Shown here piece by piece: positions 59,726-64,000 of a DNA stretch of 64,000 nucleotides. Origin of the DNA: Rickettsiales bacterium (GTDB taxonomy: Bacteria; Pseudomonadota; Alphaproteobacteria; Rickettsiales; JABSSG01); contig JAGVLN010000013.1 in assembly GCA_020049805.1 (NCBI GenBank), forward strand, positions 3,286 through 67,285, given 5' to 3'. The position numbers and the translations under genes were made by a program. A model generated the notes under the pieces. It worked only from the letters and a program-made list of their open reading frames with translations. It was not told the DNA's origin and ran no database searches. Position 1 is the stretch's first letter; every line of letters starts with the position of its first letter.

Positions 59726-60490
59726 AGTACCACTAAATATACAAATTGCACTTACAACTATAGCAGGTCCTGACGGGATATCAAAGAATGCAGAAAGCAT
59801 AATTCCCATTATCACTGCAATTAAGCCAAAAATTATAGAGTATAGCATCATCTGCTTAGGTGTTTGGCTTAGATTACGAGCTGATGCGGCAGGTACTACT
59901 AATAAAGAAGAAATGAGTAGTATTCCAACTATCTTTATCGAAAGGCTAATTAAAATAGCCATAATCAACATAAACTCTAGTTCTAATGCCTTAGTATTTA
60001 TCCCTTCAACTATTGCTAAATCTTCATTAATAGCTGCACTTAGTAATAATTTCCATCTACCATATAACCACATTAAGATGCAAGTAGTTAAAACCGAAAT
60101 AACTATAATATCACTAGTATCAACCATCAATAGATCACCAAATAAGTAAGACATAATATCAACACGTATATAAGGCAGCACTGAGATAATGACTAATCCT
60201 ATTGCTAGAAAGCTGTGAGAGAAAATGGCAACTAAAGTATCACTAGTATGATGCTTCTTAAGATACATGATGACTAATACAAAAAGAATACTTACTAATA
60301 AAATAGTATAGGTAGTGTTAATGCTAAAAACTATCCCTAAAATTACGCCTAAAGTGGCAGAATGCGCTATAGCATCACCTAAAAAGGTCATACGTTTCCA
60401 TAACACCACACACCCTATAGGACATAGAGATAAAGCTATTCCAATCCCACATATCAAAGCATAAATAATAAAATCATTAGCCATGATCAT
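59693..60490 (-). CDS. znuB: Zinc (ABC-3 family) transporter permease ZnuB
   Basis: VVLWKRMTFLGDAIAHSATLGV. 265-aa polytopic protein. 4-nt overlap with znuC. Confidence 0.8.
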   Translation of the reverse strand: MIMANDFIIYALICGIGIALSLCPIGCVVLWKRMTFLGDAIAHSATLGVILGIVFSINTTYTILLVSILFVLVIMYLKKHHTSDTLVAIFSHSFLAIGLVIISVLPYIRVDIMSYLFGDLLMVDTSDIIVISVLTTCILMWLYGRWKLLLSAAINEDLAIVEGINTKALELEFMLIMAILISLSIKIVGILLISSLLVVPAASARNLSQTPKQMMLYSIIFGLIAVIMGIMLSAFFDIPSGPAIVVSAICIFSGTLFIKQITFAK

Positions 60491-61224
60491 TTATCTACCT
60501 CATCATGACGATGTGTATAATAAGCTAAAAGTGTATCAACCGGTAATCCAAATAAATTTTCATAGGATTTATTTTGTATAGTTTCAGGCAATCCTTGACA
60601 GCAAATATGCTTATTCAGGCAAATAACATGATTAGTAGAACGAATTACTGTATGTAAGTCGTGTGAAACCATAATCATACCAATTTTTTGTTCTAGCCTG
60701 ATTTTATCAAGCAATACATAAAAATCATTTTGACCTTTTATATCTAATCCTTGTAATGGCTCGTCTAACAACATTAAATCTGGATTATGCAACAATGCCT
60801 TAGCTAGCATGAGCCTTTGTAGCTCCCCTCCAGAAATATTGTGGACTTGCTGATCTAATATACGAGTTAAACTCGTTTCGGAAATAATTTGCAGAATATC
60901 TATATTGGTATAATCAACATTATAATTTAAAAAAAGAAAATTACGAACAGTCATTGGCAGTTGATGGTTAAATACTATTCTCTGCGGCATATAACCTATT
61001 CTAATACCCTTCTTCTTATATATCTTACCTTTACTAGGTGATAATATTCCTAATAAAACCTTAAGCAAGGTAGTTTTACCACCGCCATTAGGACCAATAA
61101 TAGTAATAATATTACCTGGTAATAAATCAAAACTTATATCCTGCAAAATAATATTTGAACCTTGAAAATAAGATAAGTTTTGACAAGATATTAAGGCTTT
61201 TTGATTAGAAATCATAAAATACAT
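60487..61224 (-). CDS. znuC: Zinc (ABC-3 family) transporter ATP-binding protein ZnuC
   Basis: GPNGGGKTT, ISGGELQR and LMLLDEPLQGLD. The start may be the ATG at 61215. Confidence 0.78.
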   Translation of the reverse strand: MYFMISNQKALISCQNLSYFQGSNIILQDISFDLLPGNIITIIGPNGGGKTTLLKVLLGILSPSKGKIYKKKGIRIGYMPQRIVFNHQLPMTVRNFLFLNYNVDYTNIDILQIISETSLTRILDQQVHNISGGELQRLMLAKALLHNPDLMLLDEPLQGLDIKGQNDFYVLLDKIRLEQKIGMIMVSHDLHTVIRSTNHVICLNKHICCQGLPETIQNKSYENLFGLPVDTLLAYYTHRHDEVDK

Positions 61225-61234
61225 TAAATGCGTG

Positions 61235-61257
61235 AAAGCCCCTATAAAGGGGCTTTT
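61235..61257 (-). terminator. GC-cored hairpin between ctrA and znuC (terminator-like)
   Basis: AAAGCCCCT (61235-61243) and AGGGGCTTT (61248-61256) are a perfect 9-bp inverted repeat with a 4-nt loop, 20 nt after the ctrA stop. The U-tract on the ctrA strand is poor. Confidence 0.45.
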
Positions 61258-61276
61258 AACGAAAATTAATTACTAA

Positions 61277-62005
61277 TTAGTGAGAGACTTGCTCAGAAAC
61301 AAAGGCTGAATGAGGTTCATGCACTTCATCACCGTATTCTCTTAGCATATAACCGCGGCCCCAAACTGTTTCAATATAGTTCTTACCACCAGAAGCATCA
61401 TATAATTTTTTACGCAATTTACAAATAAACACATCTATAATCTTTAGTTCTGGTTCATCAATGCCACCATATAGATGATTTAAAAAGATTTCTTTTGTAA
61501 GTACAGTACCTTTACGCATTGCTAATAATTCTAAAATAGCATATTCTTTACTAGTTAAATGCACAGGTTTGCCTTCAACTTCGACAGTTCTATTATCTAA
61601 GTTAACGCATACTTTATCAAAACGAATAACTGACTCTGAATGCCCCTTAGAACGTCTTACAATTGCTTGAATACGTGCAATTAACTCACCTCGATTAAAT
61701 GGTTTAGTTAAGTAATCATCAGCTCCAAATCCTAGGCCTTTAATTTTTTGCTCCGCACCAGAGAGACCAGATAAAATTAAGATAGGAATTTTTACCTTAG
61801 CAGACCTAAGCCTTAATAAAACTTCATAACCATCTATATCTGGTAACATTAGGTCTAAAATTATTAAATCATAATCGTAAAGCTTGCCTACTTCCAAACC
61901 TTCTTCCCCTAATTCAGCTGTATCACATACGATACCTTCAGATGCAAGAGCCAGTTCTATTGATCTAGCGGTAGCTTTATCATCTTCCACCAATAATACT
62001 CGCAT
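61277..62005 (-). CDS. ctrA: Cell-cycle response regulator CtrA (OmpR family)
   Basis: [20 protein letters not shown], phospho-acceptor [79 protein letters not shown] and WGRGYMLRE. All closely match CtrA. Confidence 0.88.
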   Translation of the reverse strand: MRVLLVEDDKATARSIELALASEGIVCDTAELGEEGLEVGKLYDYDLIILDLMLPDIDGYEVLLRLRSAKVKIPILILSGLSGAEQKIKGLGFGADDYLTKPFNRGELIARIQAIVRRSKGHSESVIRFDKVCVNLDNRTVEVEGKPVHLTSKEYAILELLAMRKGTVLTKEIFLNHLYGGIDEPELKIIDVFICKLRKKLYDASGGKNYIETVWGRGYMLREYGDEVHEPHSAFVSEQVSH

Positions 62006-62280
62006 ATTTTTCTCCTTAAATTATTTCTTTACTTAGCTATTTTAGCTTTGATTAAGCTTAACTTGTTTATATTTATTACTTTATAGTTAATGCACAAAAT
62101 ATACACTACACACTCAAAAATCAAAAGTAAACAATTAATTAATATCGTTATAAAAAATAGATCACATGTACAATTATTTTGTCATATAGTGCATAATTCT
62201 TGTTTTTGTTAATACTTTGATAAGACTTTTTATATACAATTTTATTAATAAAGTAAAACTTATAACAAAAGGTAAAAATT

Positions 62281-64000
62281 ATGTTATCGAGGACTCTCGA
62301 AGAAACTATTAATAAATCTGTCGCTATAGCTAAGCATTATAATCATAGGCATGTAACGCTTGAACACTTATTATTAGCATTAACCGAAGATCCAGACGCC
62401 AAAAAAGCTTTAATAACATTGGGTGCGAACCTCAATACTATTATTGAGAATTTAACTCAATATTTAGCCCTTGAAGCTGAGAGTGACAAAACAGTTGCCT
62501 CTAAGTCAAATTTACCATGCTCGCCAGGAATGATTTTCCACCGTGTAATTCATCGAGCAGTAATTCAGGTTAATTTGTCTAAAACCAGCAAGCACGTTAA
62601 TGGCCTTAACATTTTAGCAGAGCTATTGACCGAAACTGATTCCTTTGCATATAAGGTATTACGCCAGGCTAACATTTCTAGACTCGATGTTATAAATCAT
62701 ATGATGCAAATTAATAAAAAACCTAGAATACAAACTAGTAATAATGATTTAAGTGCTACTATAGACCTTGATGCAACCCATGCTAAAACTACAGAAAACG
62801 AAGAAGATGTTAACTCTCCTCTTAAGAACTATTGTGTAAATCTAAACGAAGCTGCTAAAAATGGTAAAATTGACATATTAATAGGTCGTGCTGAAGAAAT
62901 TAATCGTACCATAGAAATTCTTTGCCGACGCACTAAAAATAACCCCTTATTTGTAGGTGAGCCAGGAGTCGGTAAAACTGCAATTGTTGAAGGACTAGCT
63001 TATAAAATTATTCATGGTCAAGTCCCAAAAATTTTGGAACAAGCAGTAATTTTTTCTCTAGATTTGGGTGCTTTATTAGCTGGCACCAAATATCGTGGCG
63101 ATTTTGAAGAAAGACTAAAATCAGTCCTAAAGGAATTAGCCTCTATTCCACACTCTATATTATTTATTGACGAAATCCATAGTATAATTGGAGCTGGCTC
63201 TACCAATAATAGCGCTCTTGACGCAAGTAATTTATTGAAGCCTGCTTTAGCACGTAGCAAAATGAGATGTATAGGTTCGACAACTTTTGCTGAGTATTCT
63301 AAATATTTTGCTAAAGACAAATCTTTACTGAGAAGATTTCAACAAATCACTATAGAAGAACCATCCATCGAAAATTCTATTGCTATACTAAGAGGATTAC
63401 AGCCATATTATGAAAAATATCATAATGTCCATTACACTCCTCAAGCTATTGAAGCAGCTGTTCATTTATCCAAACGATATATAAATGATAAACAATTGCC
63501 AGATAAGGCTATAGACGTTATTGATGAAGCTGGGTCTCACCTTTCAATTGCAGGAAATCATAAAAAAGTTAAAGTTACTGTGAGAGATATAGAAAATATA
63601 ATTTCGAAAATGGCTCAAATACCAACTATTTCTATAGCTACCAAAGAAAATGATCGGCTTAAAACTTTAGATCAGGACTTAAAAAGTATAATTTACGGCC
63701 AAGATGAAGCAATAGACGAACTATGTTCTGCAGTAAAGATGTCTAGAGCTGGGCTAAGAGACGAAAAAAAACCCATCGGATGTTATTTATTTTCAGGGCC
63801 TACTGGAGTAGGCAAAACCGAGCTTGCTCTACAATTAGCTAAGTTACTCAATATGGAGCTTATTCGTATTGATATGTCGGAATATATGGAAAAGCACTCT
63901 ATTTCTAAATTAATTGGCACTCCTCCGGGTTATGTAGGGTTCGACACAGGTGGCAACCTAACTGAAGCAATAGCAAAAACACCTTACTCGGTAGTATTAC
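62281..64000 (+). CDS. clpA: ATP-dependent Clp protease ATP-binding subunit ClpA, 5' part (runs off the window end)
   Basis: Frame is open from ATG 62281 to the window end. Clp_N repeat ([11 protein letters not shown]), AAA-1 Walker [10 protein letters not shown] and Walker B LFIDEIH, AAA-2 Walker [10 protein letters not shown]. Absent from the ORF track because no stop lies in the window. Confidence 0.92.
   Translation, partial: MLSRTLEETINKSVAIAKHYNHRHVTLEHLLLALTEDPDAKKALITLGANLNTIIENLTQYLALEAESDKTVASKSNLPCSPGMIFHRVIHRAVIQVNLSKTSKHVNGLNILAELLTETDSFAYKVLRQANISRLDVINHMMQINKKPRIQTSNNDLSATIDLDATHAKTTENEEDVNSPLKNYCVNLNEAAKNGKIDILIGRAEEINRTIEILCRRTKNNPLFVGEPGVGKTAIVEGLAYKIIHGQVPKILEQAVIFSLDLGALLAGTKYRGDFEERLKSVLKELASIPHSILFIDEIHSIIGAGSTNNSALDASNLLKPALARSKMRCIGSTTFAEYSKYFAKDKSLLRRFQQITIEEPSIENSIAILRGLQPYYEKYHNVHYTPQAIEAAVHLSKRYINDKQLPDKAIDVIDEAGSHLSIAGNHKKVKVTVRDIENIISKMAQIPTISIATKENDRLKTLDQDLKSIIYGQDEAIDELCSAVKMSRAGLRDEKKPIGCYLFSGPTGVGKTELALQLAKLLNMELIRIDMSEYMEKHSISKLIGTPPGYVGFDTGGNLTEAIAKTPYSVVL

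Noticed and set aside
62090-62212. 40-codon ORF upstream of clpA, at the position where clpS often sits.
   Set aside because: The product (MHKIYTTHSKIKSKQLIN...) has no ClpS-like sequence, no RBS, and is far shorter than ClpS. clpS is simply absent from this locus.
62006-62280. Searched the ctrA-clpA divergent spacer for CtrA boxes (TTAA-N7-TTAA) and GANTC methylation sites.
   Set aside because: There is no perfect box. The best hit is TTAC-N7-TTAA at 62076-62090, and TTAAGCTTAA at 62052-62061 has the wrong spacing. TTAA is so common in this AT-rich DNA that near matches are uninformative. No GANTC occurs in the spacer.
1-64000. Looked for CRISPR arrays, IS elements/transposases, rRNA genes, prophage genes and toxin-antitoxin pairs.
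   Set aside because: None were seen. No spaced direct repeats were noticed, and every ORF over 60 aa not antisense to a conserved gene is accounted for by a housekeeping family or listed as an orphan.

Overview
AT-rich segment (roughly 30% G+C by eye, not computed), densely packed with genes. It looks like the chromosome of a reduced alphaproteobacterium, judged from Rickettsiales/Holosporales-like content and synteny. All calls come from reading the translations for family motifs and gene order; no database search was possible. Almost the whole window is conserved housekeeping. In order: the atpI-B-E-F'-F (F0) operon, tmk, grpE, rph-hemW, an FNR-type reductase, folD, rpoZ-spoT-acpS, murC-murB-ddl-ftsQ, ygfZ, RNase J and birA. 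Then come a complete contiguous nuoA-N operon behind a tRNA-Lys(UUU), kdsB, serS-tatC, yajQ, nrdAB, bamE, rpmF-plsX-fabH-ihfA-merR and a COG2984-type ABC importer. The window ends with cysQ, qor, ccmD-like/ccmE/ccmF, ispE, murD, yraN, yihY, znuCB, ctrA and the 5' part of clpA. I found no transposase, integrase, CRISPR array, rRNA or obvious horizontally acquired island, and no convincing new multi-gene system. The most unusual element is a stand-alone VirB4-family type IV secretion ATPase (42588-44996) whose Walker A, Walker B and downstream motifs look eroded. It has no neighbouring T4SS genes. Lesser oddities: three orphan or poorly assignable ORFs (a DxD glycosyltransferase-like protein, a 274-aa signal-peptide protein and a 96-aa ORF where tatA/tatB would be expected). 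There is also a GC-rich palindrome with an aromatic-rich mini-ORF in the leader of the ABC importer, a perfect 17-bp palindrome between tRNA-Lys/nuo and kdsB, a sigma32-type promoter before grpE, and a ccmD-like mini-gene missing from the ORF track. Promoter and terminator calls are pattern matches only and carry low confidence.
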